The notes under the pieces are model-generated. The model worked only from the letters and a program-made list of their open reading frames with translations, made no database searches and was not told the origin of the DNA. Source: Candidatus Binataceae bacterium (GTDB taxonomy: Bacteria; Desulfobacterota; Binatia; Binatales; Binataceae). From it: 64,000 nt of DNA. The stretch spans positions 6,550-70,549 of the forward strand of contig JASHPB010000071.1 of assembly GCA_030038355.1 (NCBI GenBank), in the 5' to 3' direction. Positions 11,206-21,012 of this stretch are shown piece after piece. A program made the translations under genes and the position numbers. The first letter of the stretch is position 1, and each line of letters begins with the position of its first letter.

Positions 11206-11784
11206 TTATGGTTTCGCTGGACGTTGTGATGGATCCTTTTTCTTGCGCGGCGAGCGCTTGCGCGGCATCGCCGGCTTGAGCGCACCGTCAACGACGCCCC
11301 CCTGCAACGCGACGACGGTGATGGGAGGCCGCGGCTTTCGAATCGACGCAACGACGTCGGCCAGCTCGATCGCGGGATTGCTGCGCGCACCGGCACTATC
11401 GATTTCGATCTCGCGCCCGATATCACTCAGCGAAATCAAGCCCGCAAGCTTGCCCGCCTCGTCAACCACGGGCAGCCGATGGACTTTCGCCTCGCGCATC
11501 AGCTTGAGCGCGAATGAAACCGAGTCATCCGGCCCGCACGTGACCACCTTCTTGCTCATTACTGGTTCGATCGCGATATCGAACAGCGGCCGACCCTGCG
11601 TGTAAGTTGCCATCGCGAGGTCGCGATCGGTGACAACGCCTACCACGCGCGTTTCTTCATCAACGATCGGAACGCACCCGCAGTCGTTCTCCCACATGAT
11701 CTGCGCCGCGTCATTGATCGAACCCGCAATCGGGCACGACTTGACCGCAGCCGTCATTACTTCTGAAACCTTGCTCTGATTCAC
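11206..11784 (-). CDS. CBS domain pair protein with basic C-terminal tail
   Basis: VMT...MWENDCGCVPIVD...GVVTDRD and HRLPVVD...GLISLSD; GAGGAGG RBS with GTG start. Confidence 0.9.
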   Translation of the reverse strand: MNQSKVSEVMTAAVKSCPIAGSINDAAQIMWENDCGCVPIVDEETRVVGVVTDRDLAMATYTQGRPLFDIAIEPVMSKKVVTCGPDDSVSFALKLMREAKVHRLPVVDEAGKLAGLISLSDIGREIEIDSAGARSNPAIELADVVASIRKPRPPITVVALQGGVVDGALKPAMPRKRSPRKKKDPSQRPAKP

Positions 11785-11830
11785 GTCTCGTCCTCCTCAT
11801 CGGAAAGGGCGGCCGACGCTGGTAAGCGAA

Positions 11831-12292
11831 TCACCAGGTCGTGAAGGGCCGCCGGGAAAGATTCGAATTGTAGTAGCGCGGATCGTCGGTCACTTCGCGG
11901 CCGATCCAGTCGGGCAACTCGACGGCTTCATCTTCGGAGGCCAGCTCGACCTCGGCCACGACGAGTCCTTCGTTGGCGCCAGCGAAGCGATCAACTTCGA
12001 ACACATGTTTGCCGACTGCAATGCGATAGCGCGTTTTTTCGATCGGTGTCTGTTCGGACAGCGCGAGTATCTGCTCAGCGTCGGCGAGCGGGATTTCATA
12101 CTCGAACTCGTCTCGTGTCGCGCCTTGGGTCGCTCCCTTGATCGTTATGAATCCGCGATCGCCGTAGCATCGCACCCGCACCGAGTGCTTTGGCCCGGAC
12201 GAAATATATCCCTGCTTGATTGTAGTTCCCGGCGCGTTGTTCAAGAAGTTACAGGATTTGACGAGGAATTTGCGCTCGATTTCCTTCGGCAT
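11831..12292 (-). CDS. CYTH domain protein (triphosphate tunnel metalloenzyme)
   Basis: EIERKFLV, QGY, VRVR, EFEYEI, IEKTRY, EVEL and RYYN motifs. Confidence 0.93.
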   Translation of the reverse strand: MPKEIERKFLVKSCNFLNNAPGTTIKQGYISSGPKHSVRVRCYGDRGFITIKGATQGATRDEFEYEIPLADAEQILALSEQTPIEKTRYRIAVGKHVFEVDRFAGANEGLVVAEVELASEDEAVELPDWIGREVTDDPRYYNSNLSRRPFTTW

Positions 12293-12416
12293 TTGTCAAC
12301 GCGCGCGAGGCTGATTCTGCCGCGCACACATAGTTTACGTTCTTCGCTCGAAATGCCAAAGCCGGACGAGTCTGACTGCGGAGTTGAGTCCGCCGTTGAT
12401 AGGGAAACCTGAACAA

Positions 12417-13364
12417 TCACACGGCGGAAGCCGCGTCGGCCCATTTTGGCGTGATGCCGATTCTCCGCGCCGCGTCGAGGACGCGGCAGGCCTCGCCGAG
12501 GTCGGTGAAGGCGACGCCTCGAACCGGCATCACGGCGAGATTCACCGGGCACGACGCGAGAACATCGTAGGCAAAGCTCCTGATGGGAGCGGCGTCGTAC
12601 AATCGCTCGACGGCCTCGCGCTCGGCTGCAGTACCTAGCAGATGGCGCGCGGCGGCGAAGTCGAGGTAGAGCTCCGGCTCCGCCATCATGATGAGCGCGA
12701 GTAGAGTCGAGAGACGTGCGATAATAACGCAGCTATTCCATAAGCTGCCGCGACGCATCAAATCGATTGCAGCTTCGTGGCCCGGCGCCGCGACGAAATT
12801 GCGCACCGAGCTAATCGCGAAACTCCCGGAGATCATCGCCGGACCCGGCTCGATCCAGCCGTAAGATGTTTCCGGCGCAAGCGCCGCCATTCCAAGCATT
12901 ACGGTGAGTTCCGGGCGCCTTGCGACGATCTCGAAAGCGGCGCCGACGTGGCGCATGAACTCACGCTCGTTGCTGAGGAAATGATCCGATGGCATTACGG
13001 CGATACTCGCGTCCTGGCCGTCGGCCGCGAGTCGGAGCAGTGCGTACAGCAGGGCCGGCGCGGTCCCGCGATTAGACGGCTGAATCACGAGATTGCGAGC
13101 GGGCACGTCGCATACCAATGGGGTGTAAAATTCCTCGTGCTTGCGCGACACCACGAGCATCGTGTCGTCGGTGGAGATCGCGAGCCGCGCGCGCCGGCGT
13201 GTGTCGGTGAGCAGCGCCTCGGAGCCGAGCAGCGCGCAGAACTGCTTTGGAACGTCGGTGCCGGTGATTGCGCGAGTGAGCGGCGCGAGGCGAGTGCCGT
13301 CGCCACCCGCCATAATCACGGCGCATCGCCGATCACGGAGGGATCCTTTGTTCTGAACAATCAT
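12417..13364 (-). CDS. Sugar-phosphate nucleotidyltransferase-like protein (mannose-1-P guanylyltransferase family)
   Basis: IMAGGDGTRL, PKQF, QPSNRGTAPA, PSDH, YGWI, WNS and DLG; the usual FxEKP reads FVAAP. Confidence 0.85.
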   Translation of the reverse strand: MIVQNKGSLRDRRCAVIMAGGDGTRLAPLTRAITGTDVPKQFCALLGSEALLTDTRRRARLAISTDDTMLVVSRKHEEFYTPLVCDVPARNLVIQPSNRGTAPALLYALLRLAADGQDASIAVMPSDHFLSNEREFMRHVGAAFEIVARRPELTVMLGMAALAPETSYGWIEPGPAMISGSFAISSVRNFVAAPGHEAAIDLMRRGSLWNSCVIIARLSTLLALIMMAEPELYLDFAAARHLLGTAAEREAVERLYDAAPIRSFAYDVLASCPVNLAVMPVRGVAFTDLGEACRVLDAARRIGITPKWADAASAV

Positions 13365-13436
13365 CGGTCAACCTCCAACCTCGGGCGCGACCGACTCGGC
13401 GCCGATGGGCGCCGCGTGAAAGCCGGCTCGCCCCGC

Positions 13437-13952
13437 TTATCCCACCCTCACCTGACCGACACCCTGGAATGCCGCCGCGCGTCGGGCGCGCTTGCGAGCC
13501 GAACGTCCGGCGCGGACAACCTGGCGACGGCCCACCGATCGGAGTTGCTTCGTGGGCAGATCGCGCGGACCAATCAACTTCAATTGCCGGCGGAGCGTGC
13601 TCGGCTCGATACTGAGAACATCGCAGACCGCCTCGAACGAGAACGGATGACGCGAGCCTTCGCGCGCCTCGAACCAGGCCGATACTTCCTCGAACTGCTC
13701 GCGGTCGGATCGCCGCGTTGATTGAACATTCTTGACGTAGCAGCGGATCGCGTCTTCGAGGACCGCAAAAACGAGGCGGGTTTCGCCGTCGAGTGAACCC
13801 TTGCGCCGCGTCAGATCGTAGAACTGCACGGGAACGAGGAAATCCGGCTCGAAGCGCGAGTTCAGCCAAGGGTCAGGTTGTGTCACCTCCTGCATGACGA
13901 GGCCACCGGAAGAGAAACCGCTACTGAATTTTTCTGCTCCCACAAAGTCCAT
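13437..13952 (-). CDS. Uncharacterised protein (EPD...QF / RLxxAVLEDAI / W...FSFExVC motif family)
   Basis: AGGAGA RBS, upstream sigma54 site, helical motif pattern, Arg-rich tail. Confidence 0.8.
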   Translation of the reverse strand: MDFVGAEKFSSGFSSGGLVMQEVTQPDPWLNSRFEPDFLVPVQFYDLTRRKGSLDGETRLVFAVLEDAIRCYVKNVQSTRRSDREQFEEVSAWFEAREGSRHPFSFEAVCDVLSIEPSTLRRQLKLIGPRDLPTKQLRSVGRRQVVRAGRSARKRARRAAAFQGVGQVRVG

Positions 13953-14024
13953 TTATGTTAGGTCTCCTCTGCTGCTTCCTTTCACCAACATCCTGCAGGT
14001 CTCTAAAAGACCTTCGAGCGCCAA

Positions 14025-14040
14025 AGCATCGCTTGTGCCA
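14025..14040 (-). promoter_or_regulatory. Putative sigma54 (-24/-12) promoter
   Basis: Minus strand TGGCACAAGCGATGCT (GG-N10-GC), about 70 nt upstream of ATG 13952. Confidence 0.65.
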
Positions 14041-14515
14041 AGGTGCAGGGTCTTGGCTAATAGGAGCCAAGGCTAAGGAATAAGCCGCAATTTTCCTGCC
14101 GACTTTTGAATCGACTTCATCCAGGATCGAAGATTCCACGAATAGAAAATAGGCAGGTGCCGCCAAAGACGGCGCTCGCAATCGACGAGCCGATGGCGGC
14201 CATCTCATCGCAAGGGGTTTGCGACGGTCAACATGATAAGTGGTCGACATCGGTATCCGAATTGAACCGCGAAGCAGACGCAGAGAGACACGATAAGGAA
14301 TACCAATACGGCATTTTGCCTAGGCATAAGAAATGGCTGACCCGCCTAATCTATTGAAATCAAAGGAAAATTAGCGGCCGACCTGATGGCTTGTGACTTG
14401 CTGTCTTCGGCTGTCTTCAATCGAGCGAGGAGCGAACGGCGCTGCTCGCTGGATAATCAGTCAAATGACTCAGTCGCCGAATGATTATATTTCAACCCGG
14501 TCGTCGAGGACCGCA

Positions 14516-14741
14516 ATGACCAGCACGCTTTCAATTGATTCCCACCGCCTGCGGCTCAACCAGACAACCGCGCGGCAGATCAGGCGTAAGGCGGCCGGTC
14601 TGGACAACTACTTCGACTGCGTCACCCGATGTGAAGCGACGTTTCAGGGTTCTGCCCAACGAGCAGATGGTCATCCGCAATGAAGGCTCTTTCAAGCTCG
14701 ACGCGGCGATTCACGATGCCTTCGACGCCGCGGGGCGATAA
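14516..14741 (+). pseudogene. HPF/RaiA (ribosome hibernation factor-like) remnant
   Basis: GAGGA RBS; IRRKAAGLDNYFDCVTRC, then frameshift to VLPNEQMVI...LDAAIHDAFDAAGR. Confidence 0.6.
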
Positions 14742-14861
14742 CTTAAGAGGCGATAATTTAAGAGATGATGCGCGCGTTTTGCGCGATACAGCGAAAGCTG
14801 AGTAGTGAGGCGGGCTCACTTCGCCTCCAAACCGGTTGACCCGGAAGGATAGAGAGAGAAA

Positions 14862-15461
14862 GTGATTCAAACAGTTGAAACTCGACACGAGAGCAACCGC
14901 GAGCGGACGCTTCGTGCCTTGCTGACCCATCAGCGCGACGAAATTCTGGCGCGGCTGACAGATTCCCGCGACTCCAACGCCGATATGCAAGGGCCGAGCG
15001 GCGATGAGATGGACGTAGCTCGTTCATTGGCGGAGGCCGAAACTCGGGGCTTTCTGCTCGATCGCGAGGAATCGAAATTGCGCGCCATTGACGCGGCAAT
15101 CGCAAGGCTCGAGCGCGGAGACTACGGTATCTGCGCTAACTGCGGCGAGGAAATCCCGCTGATCCGGCTGAAGGCCGTCCCCTTCGCGACTTATTGCGTC
15201 GATTGCCAGCATGAGCGGGCTCAGATGGTGGGCCTGCGGACCGCGCCGACAACGCCAAGCTTGGGCAAGGAATTTGTCGAGACGGATGATTCCAACGCTC
15301 GGGCCAAGGATGCCAAGGCGCAGCTGGGCGATGACGATGACTCCAGCTCGATCCTGTCGGATAGTCCCTTCGGTCCTGATGAGGACGAGCTCGAGCTTCA
15401 ACAAGAGCCTCGTCGAAAGCGGGGGCGTCCGCGTAAGAATCCAGTGGCGGTGGCCCGCTAG
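14862..15461 (+). CDS. TraR/DksA C4 zinc-finger protein with acidic tail and AT-hook
   Basis: GDEMDVA (DxxDxA), YGICANCGEEIPLIRLKAVPFATYCVDCQ, C-terminal RRKRGRPRK. Confidence 0.9.
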   Translation: MIQTVETRHESNRERTLRALLTHQRDEILARLTDSRDSNADMQGPSGDEMDVARSLAEAETRGFLLDREESKLRAIDAAIARLERGDYGICANCGEEIPLIRLKAVPFATYCVDCQHERAQMVGLRTAPTTPSLGKEFVETDDSNARAKDAKAQLGDDDDSSSILSDSPFGPDEDELELQQEPRRKRGRPRKNPVAVAR

Positions 15462-15652
15462 ACCTTGTACGACGGCGGGGATCGTCCACGGCCGTCGCCA
15501 ATTCCCGACCATGTCGCATCCGATGCTCCGGATCGATGCACCAGCGTCCGGTTTCGGGGCGAATCGACGATAACGTGACGCCTCTTTTGCTCCCGAATCA
15601 GTCTGAATTGTTCTGGAAATCTCCTCTAGTTTAGACCACGCCTAACAGCTCA

Positions 15653-15668
15653 CGGCATAGCGATTGCT
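15653..15668 (+). promoter_or_regulatory. Putative sigma54 promoter
   Basis: CGGCATAGCGATTGCT (GG-N10-GC) upstream of the receiver pseudogene. Confidence 0.5.
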
Positions 15669-15738
15669 GCCCGATCGGTCGTCGTCGCTCCGCGTTGGCT
15701 AAGACGCATTGGGTAAGGTCGGCGGAAAGGGGTGGTGA

Positions 15739-16200
15739 ATGGATCTGCTGCTAGTGGAAGACCATCCTACCGAGTCGTCTGTTGATGGATGATCGACTGC
15801 GCCGGGCCTTCTTCCCCAAGGCGCAGATAGATAGCGATCGCCCAGACGCTCATCAGCTCGCCGATGTGCTTGCGCGAAGATGACTGTCAAGTGATCGTCA
15901 CCGACTACTGGCTCGGACGGAGCGACGGCCTGTCCGTCCTCCAGCACGTCAAGGAGCGATGGCGCCGAGGACGCGTAATCGTCCCAACGTACTACGGCCG
16001 TGAGGTCGTGGCAGAAGCCTTCAAATTGGCCTCTATTATTACCTGCTCAGCCCGAGGGTTTCGACAACCTGGTGGATGTCGTTCGGCTTTCGAAAGGCAA
16101 GGCGCGCGAGGATCGCAACGAACTTGGCGACGCTCTGATTCAGTGCTTGCCTGAGGCGGTATTGCGCGTCGATTCAGAGGGCAGAAATCTCGACCTCGAA
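15739..16200 (+). pseudogene. Receiver (REC)-PAS signalling protein remnant
   Basis: MDLLLVEDHP, then VIVTDYWLGRSDGLSVLQHVKE and DALIQCLPEAVLRVDSEGR in different frames. Confidence 0.65.
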
Positions 16201-16808
16201 TGCAGCCGGCGAGCGCCTCCATGGTTAGCCGAGCCAGTCCGTGCTCGGGTACGCCGTCGAGATCCTGCTGCCACCCTCAGCCGCCACGATATCTTGCGCC
16301 GTCACGAATTGGCTCACCGCGGCTAGCCCGTATCAAACTTCGCAACGATGCTACTCAAGGCGGACAGTTCGCCTGCCAAGTTTACGATGACGATAGTCCC
16401 AGTACTGAGCGGTCGCGGACCGCCTAGCGTGATTCAGAAGCAGGCCGCTGACCAGTTTGTAGCAGCGCCTTGATGAAGACCGGCGGGCGCTTGCTCAAAA
16501 CTTGCCCGCTATTGCTGGTTGTTGCTGGCCGAGAGCCATCTAACGCGCGCCGGCTGTTACACCATTCCACTGTTACACGCATTCCACGGTGCATGGGGCT
16601 ATTCAGCTTCATCTCGCTGCGCCGAGATCGCACGGTTCCCTTGGAATAGACCTTAGATCACGCCTCGCTAATTCCCCGCTTCGACCAACTCCCCGAACCA
16701 GAAGCCCGGGCGCTAGCAGTCAGGGCCACGCTATGCCTATCCTCTTTTGGCGCGGGCCGAAGAGGCCACGTAGCCGACGTACTGTTCGCCGGCAGGCGCC
16801 CGCACGGC

Positions 16809-18140
16809 GTGAAAACAGGCTTTCTCACTCATACCGGACGACCGCATCCCGCGCGCCTCGCGATTCGATACGCGTTGGCGGGTATCGTTTGGATCGCGGT
16901 CTCCGAGTATCTGCTGGCGGCGCTGCCGATCCATTCGCTGCTGCTGAACCGGTTCCTATTCGTCAGCGTCACGACCGTTCTGCTTTTCATCGTCGCGAGC
17001 CGCTACGCCCACACTCTGCAATTCTCGATCACCGTGCGAGACGAGGCGCTCGCTCGGGCGCACGGCTACTTTGATTCTGCGGTCGAAGGAATTGTCACCG
17101 CGGATTGCGAAGGTCTGATTCGACAGATGAATCCGCGCGCCCAAGAGATGTTCGGCTATCACGAGGTCGAGTTGCTCGGTCATCCAATCGAGGTGCTCAT
17201 TCCCACGCGCTATCGCAAGGAACATCCGGCGCTCAGGAAGGCGTTCCATCGCGAAGGACGTTGGCGAGCGACGGGAGTCGGGCGCGAGATCATCGCGATT
17301 CGCAAGGACGGCAGCGAATTCCCTGCCGAAATCACAATCAATCACGTGCCGACGCATCACGGCGACCTTGCGATCGCGTTCGTAAGCGATATCAGCGAGC
17401 GGCGTGCGATGGAGCGCGAGGCCCGCCGCAGTGAAACCCTCAACGCGCTCGGCGCGGTTGCAACTGGAATCGCTCACGAGCTGAACAATCCGCTTGCGGT
17501 TATCGCCTCGCGCATCGAGGTGATGCTGATGCCCGGGCAGGAACTCCCACCCGAGCTCCGGCAGGATCTGATGGTTTTACAGCGCAATGTCGAACGCGCG
17601 AGCCGCATCTCGCAAAATCTATTGTCGCTGGCACGCCAGCGGCCGGGCGTGCGGCAGCCGCTCGACATCAACAAGGCCATCGAAGAGGCGCTGCTCCTTG
17701 TCCGAAGCGACTCGCGCGGCACGAGGCTGACTTTCGATCTCGATCTCGATAGCATACTGCCGCCGGTGATCGCGGATCCGACTAGTCTCGAGCAGGTGCT
17801 GATTAACCTTGTGTCGAACGCGCGCGATGCGGGTGCGACTCACCTCGCGATTCAAACCGCGACCGACTCGGCCCGACTGTCCAACATCAGGATCAGTATC
17901 AGCGACGATGGCGAAGGGATCGCGCCGGCCGCGCTCGAACGGCTGTTTCAGCCGTTTTTCACTACCAAGCCCAAGGGGACGGGACTCGGGCTATGGCTCA
18001 GCCGCCGCATGGTCCAGGATCATGGCGGCAGCATGGAAGTGAAATCGGAAGTCGGTAAAGGAACGACTTTTACAATCCTGCTCCCGGTACGCGAGGCGGC
18101 CCCAGCCCTTATTGAAGGCCACATGCATGCCGCAAAATGA
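16809..18140 (+). CDS. Membrane PAS-domain sensor histidine kinase
   Basis: Two TM helices, PAS-PAC, AHELNNPL H-box, N-box, DDGEG, PFFTTKPKGTGLGL. Confidence 0.95.
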   Translation: MKTGFLTHTGRPHPARLAIRYALAGIVWIAVSEYLLAALPIHSLLLNRFLFVSVTTVLLFIVASRYAHTLQFSITVRDEALARAHGYFDSAVEGIVTADCEGLIRQMNPRAQEMFGYHEVELLGHPIEVLIPTRYRKEHPALRKAFHREGRWRATGVGREIIAIRKDGSEFPAEITINHVPTHHGDLAIAFVSDISERRAMEREARRSETLNALGAVATGIAHELNNPLAVIASRIEVMLMPGQELPPELRQDLMVLQRNVERASRISQNLLSLARQRPGVRQPLDINKAIEEALLLVRSDSRGTRLTFDLDLDSILPPVIADPTSLEQVLINLVSNARDAGATHLAIQTATDSARLSNIRISISDDGEGIAPAALERLFQPFFTTKPKGTGLGLWLSRRMVQDHGGSMEVKSEVGKGTTFTILLPVREAAPALIEGHMHAAK

Positions 18141-18534
18141 GCGCGACGGTGAGGCGCCGTCGCGCCGCGTTCGTATTCTGCTCGTCGACGATGAACGCGA
18201 TCTGGTCGATGCGTACACTCGTTTGCTGGCGCGTGCCGGCTACGATTGCCTGGGCGCTTTCGACCCCGACCAGGCAATCGCCAGAATCGACGCCGAGCTC
18301 TTCGACCTGATGATCACGGACCTGAGCCTGCCGCGCCGCAGCGGCCTGGAAATCATTCGTCGCGCGCGAAGCGGAGCCCGTCCGGTTCCGGTTATCGTGA
18401 TGACCGGGCACAACACACCCGACCTCAACGCCGCTGCGCGCGAGGCGGGCGCCGACACCTGCCTGCTGAAGCCGGTTTCGATAAGGGAGCTGACTTTAGT
18501 GATTCGCGAAACCCTCGCCCGCCATGCGAAATAG
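18127..18534 (+). CDS. Single-domain response regulator
   Basis: ILLVDDE, ITDLSLP, VMTG and KP motifs; overlaps the kinase stop codon. Confidence 0.92.
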   Translation: MPQNERDGEAPSRRVRILLVDDERDLVDAYTRLLARAGYDCLGAFDPDQAIARIDAELFDLMITDLSLPRRSGLEIIRRARSGARPVPVIVMTGHNTPDLNAAAREAGADTCLLKPVSIRELTLVIRETLARHAK

Positions 18535-18689
18535 CCGCGCGCGTAGGGCGACGGTGAGAAACTGCACGGCCATCGCGGGCGCTCTTCAAAGCGTCCTCGG
18601 GCGGCGGGGCTCCGGGATGGAGCGGCCACATGTCGTTTCGAGGCCTCACTGCCCAAGGGAGAGCGATCCAGAGGGGCGGGCGTCGGGGT

Positions 18690-19400
18690 TGACCGCGGCG
18701 AGCATCGCTTCGACGGCGTCGCGGAGGAGCGCATCGATCCACTCGAACCCGGCGCCTCGGAGGTCTGGACGCATCCCGACACCGGCATTCGATCTCCAAC
18801 CTGACGTGGATTTGGCGGGCCCAAGCGCTTCGTATGATCGTAGCCGACAATCTCGTTCGCCCGCGTCCAGAAGCGCAGCCAGTTTTCCTGGCTTTAGCGC
18901 GGCGTCAGCCGCGATTTCCGGCGGCGAAATTCACGCAAGAACAGCTCCTCCGCGCAAGTGGACTCGACCAGCAGGAACACTCCGCCCCGACGAAGCATGC
19001 TGAACCCGTCGATCAGCTCAGCAAAGTCGGGGTGTATCGAACCAATGGAATGGGTTCGCGTCACGACCATGTCATAGTCATCGCGCAGGCCGCTCGGCCA
19101 ATCGGAGTTCTAGCGGTCGGACACGAAATTCCCCGCCAAGACGCCGCCCTCGCGCTGATTCACTTTCCTGCAAATCGAGATGCGGAACAAATCGCGATCG
19201 ACGCAATCGATTTTTGAGACTTCGGATGGCGGGCATGAATTGATCGGCCAGCATCGCCGGGACCGAAGCACAAGTCGAGAACCGGAAGAGCTACATTGGC
19301 GGGAAAGGGCAGCGCGGCGGCCGTCAAGTGGAGAGCGCAGCGCTGCTCGGGGCGCCCTGCTCCGCTTGCCACAGGTCCAGCGGTTCATCGAGATGCTTAT
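18690..19400 (-). pseudogene. Class I SAM-dependent methyltransferase remnant
   Basis: VLDLCFGPG (motif I), IDCVDRD, ENWLRFWTRA and LRGAGFEWID across frames with stops; boundaries approximate. Confidence 0.55.
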
Positions 19401-19580
19401 CAGTGAGCTTCTGCTCGATCTGACTCTGCATGAGTGCCATCGAAACGCCCTTTCCTGCGTGTTGGTCTCGCTGCTATCAGGCGCGGCGATCTCCCTTACT
19501 TATGAACGGCGCGGCGAATCTGAAGTTACGAAATAGATGGCGCGAAGCATCGTCTTGTAGAGCCTCGCGCGGGGCCTTGG

Positions 19581-20885
19581 TTACTCCGACGGCAGCCAGT
19601 TTGGAGGCCAGACGCGCTCGGGAAATGGCACCAGCGAGAGCGGAATGATGCCTCTCTCCTTGGGATTCCACTTGCTCGCCCGCACGAACGCCGCGCTCTC
19701 CTCAAGTTGCACCAATTCGAGCGGAGTGAAGCTGCCCGGCGATTCTGTGGTGTGTGCTTTCACCTTCGCGAGATTTTGCCTAGCAGCGTCGATGCCCTGC
19801 GCCGCCGCCTTCTGAAACTGCTCCCGCGCAATTTTGATGCGCTCTTCGTCGCTGCCGTTCGGCAGCAGCGCCGGGCATCCGTGCTTGAAACAGAACGCGC
19901 CGAGGTTGAGCTGCGCATCGGCCAGGCCCTGCGCCGCAGCGTACGAATAGAGCGCCGCCGCGCTCGAAGCATCCTGCTGGGGCAGCCCCCATCCATGCTC
20001 AGACATCAGGCCGAGATTGAATTGCGATGCGGGATTACCCTCGTAGGCAGCCGCGCAGAACCACGGGGCCGCGGCGGCGAGATCCTTGGGGACGTTCGGC
20101 GCGCCCAGCGCAAACACGTAGCCGTAGTCCGCCGCCGCGTTCGGATCGCCGACTGCGGCGGTCGCTTTAAGCTTCTCGCGCGCTTCGGCGTCACCTTGCT
20201 GAATCCTGTCGAGTAAGTCGTTCGCCGCCTGCCATTGCATCGGACGAGTCGATTCCGGCGAGCCCCACGCATAGACGACATAGCCGCCGGGAATCGAGAC
20301 TTCGTTGCCCGGCGTGAGGAGCCATTGCGTCACGGGCACAACGCCGCACAACTTCACCGCCGTGAGCGTACCTCCCAACGCTAGGCCCTTCATGCCGCGC
20401 GAGCGCATCGCGGCGACCGCATCTGGAAAGTCGAGAAAGTCGGCTGGAATCGGCACGGTACCCCAGCTTACCGATCCCGCGGCTTGATCGCTCTCAGGTC
20501 CGACGCCCTCAGTGACCGTGTATCCGGTCAAATCGCTCGGCGAGACGAACTCCATCGTGGTTTGCCACGGGCCTGAAGTGCTTTCGACTTCGAGCGAGAC
20601 CATTATTGCGTCTGGATGCCACTTGCGCGCATTTTTGATCGCGGCCGCGGCAATCTTCGGCAGACGGTACGGACCTTCACTTGACTGATTTTTCTCTCCC
20701 GCTGCTCTCTCGCCGCCCGCGCGTCGGCATCCGACGGTGGTGATGAGGGTGACAACGGCGAGGAGGCTTGCACACACCCCTCTGGTCGCGCGATGAAATC
20801 GCGGCCCTGATTGTTGCGGCTGGCTCAAGGTCGATCTCACAGACATCAAGCGCGACCACGACGAACGACGCGAGCTTATCGCCAA
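19581..20885 (-). CDS. Secreted or lipoprotein with Sel1-like repeats
   Basis: Hydrophobic segment ending VGC; repeats AAYEGNPASQFNLG, AAAQGLADAQLNLG, AAAQGIDAARQNL; start uncertain. Confidence 0.8.
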   Translation of the reverse strand: MAISSRRSSWSRLMSVRSTLSQPQQSGPRFHRATRGVCASLLAVVTLITTVGCRRAGGERAAGEKNQSSEGPYRLPKIAAAAIKNARKWHPDAIMVSLEVESTSGPWQTTMEFVSPSDLTGYTVTEGVGPESDQAAGSVSWGTVPIPADFLDFPDAVAAMRSRGMKGLALGGTLTAVKLCGVVPVTQWLLTPGNEVSIPGGYVVYAWGSPESTRPMQWQAANDLLDRIQQGDAEAREKLKATAAVGDPNAAADYGYVFALGAPNVPKDLAAAAPWFCAAAYEGNPASQFNLGLMSEHGWGLPQQDASSAAALYSYAAAQGLADAQLNLGAFCFKHGCPALLPNGSDEERIKIAREQFQKAAAQGIDAARQNLAKVKAHTTESPGSFTPLELVQLEESAAFVRASKWNPKERGIIPLSLVPFPERVWPPNWLPSE

Positions 20886-21012
20886 CGATTTGACAACGAA
20901 AGTGAATCGTTGGCGACTGCCGCGGCGTCATTCACATGGCGGTTACGACGAAATTACGCGACCCTCAATTTCGCGTTCGGCTTGACTTTGCCTGCTTGGT
21001 AGACTTGCCGCG

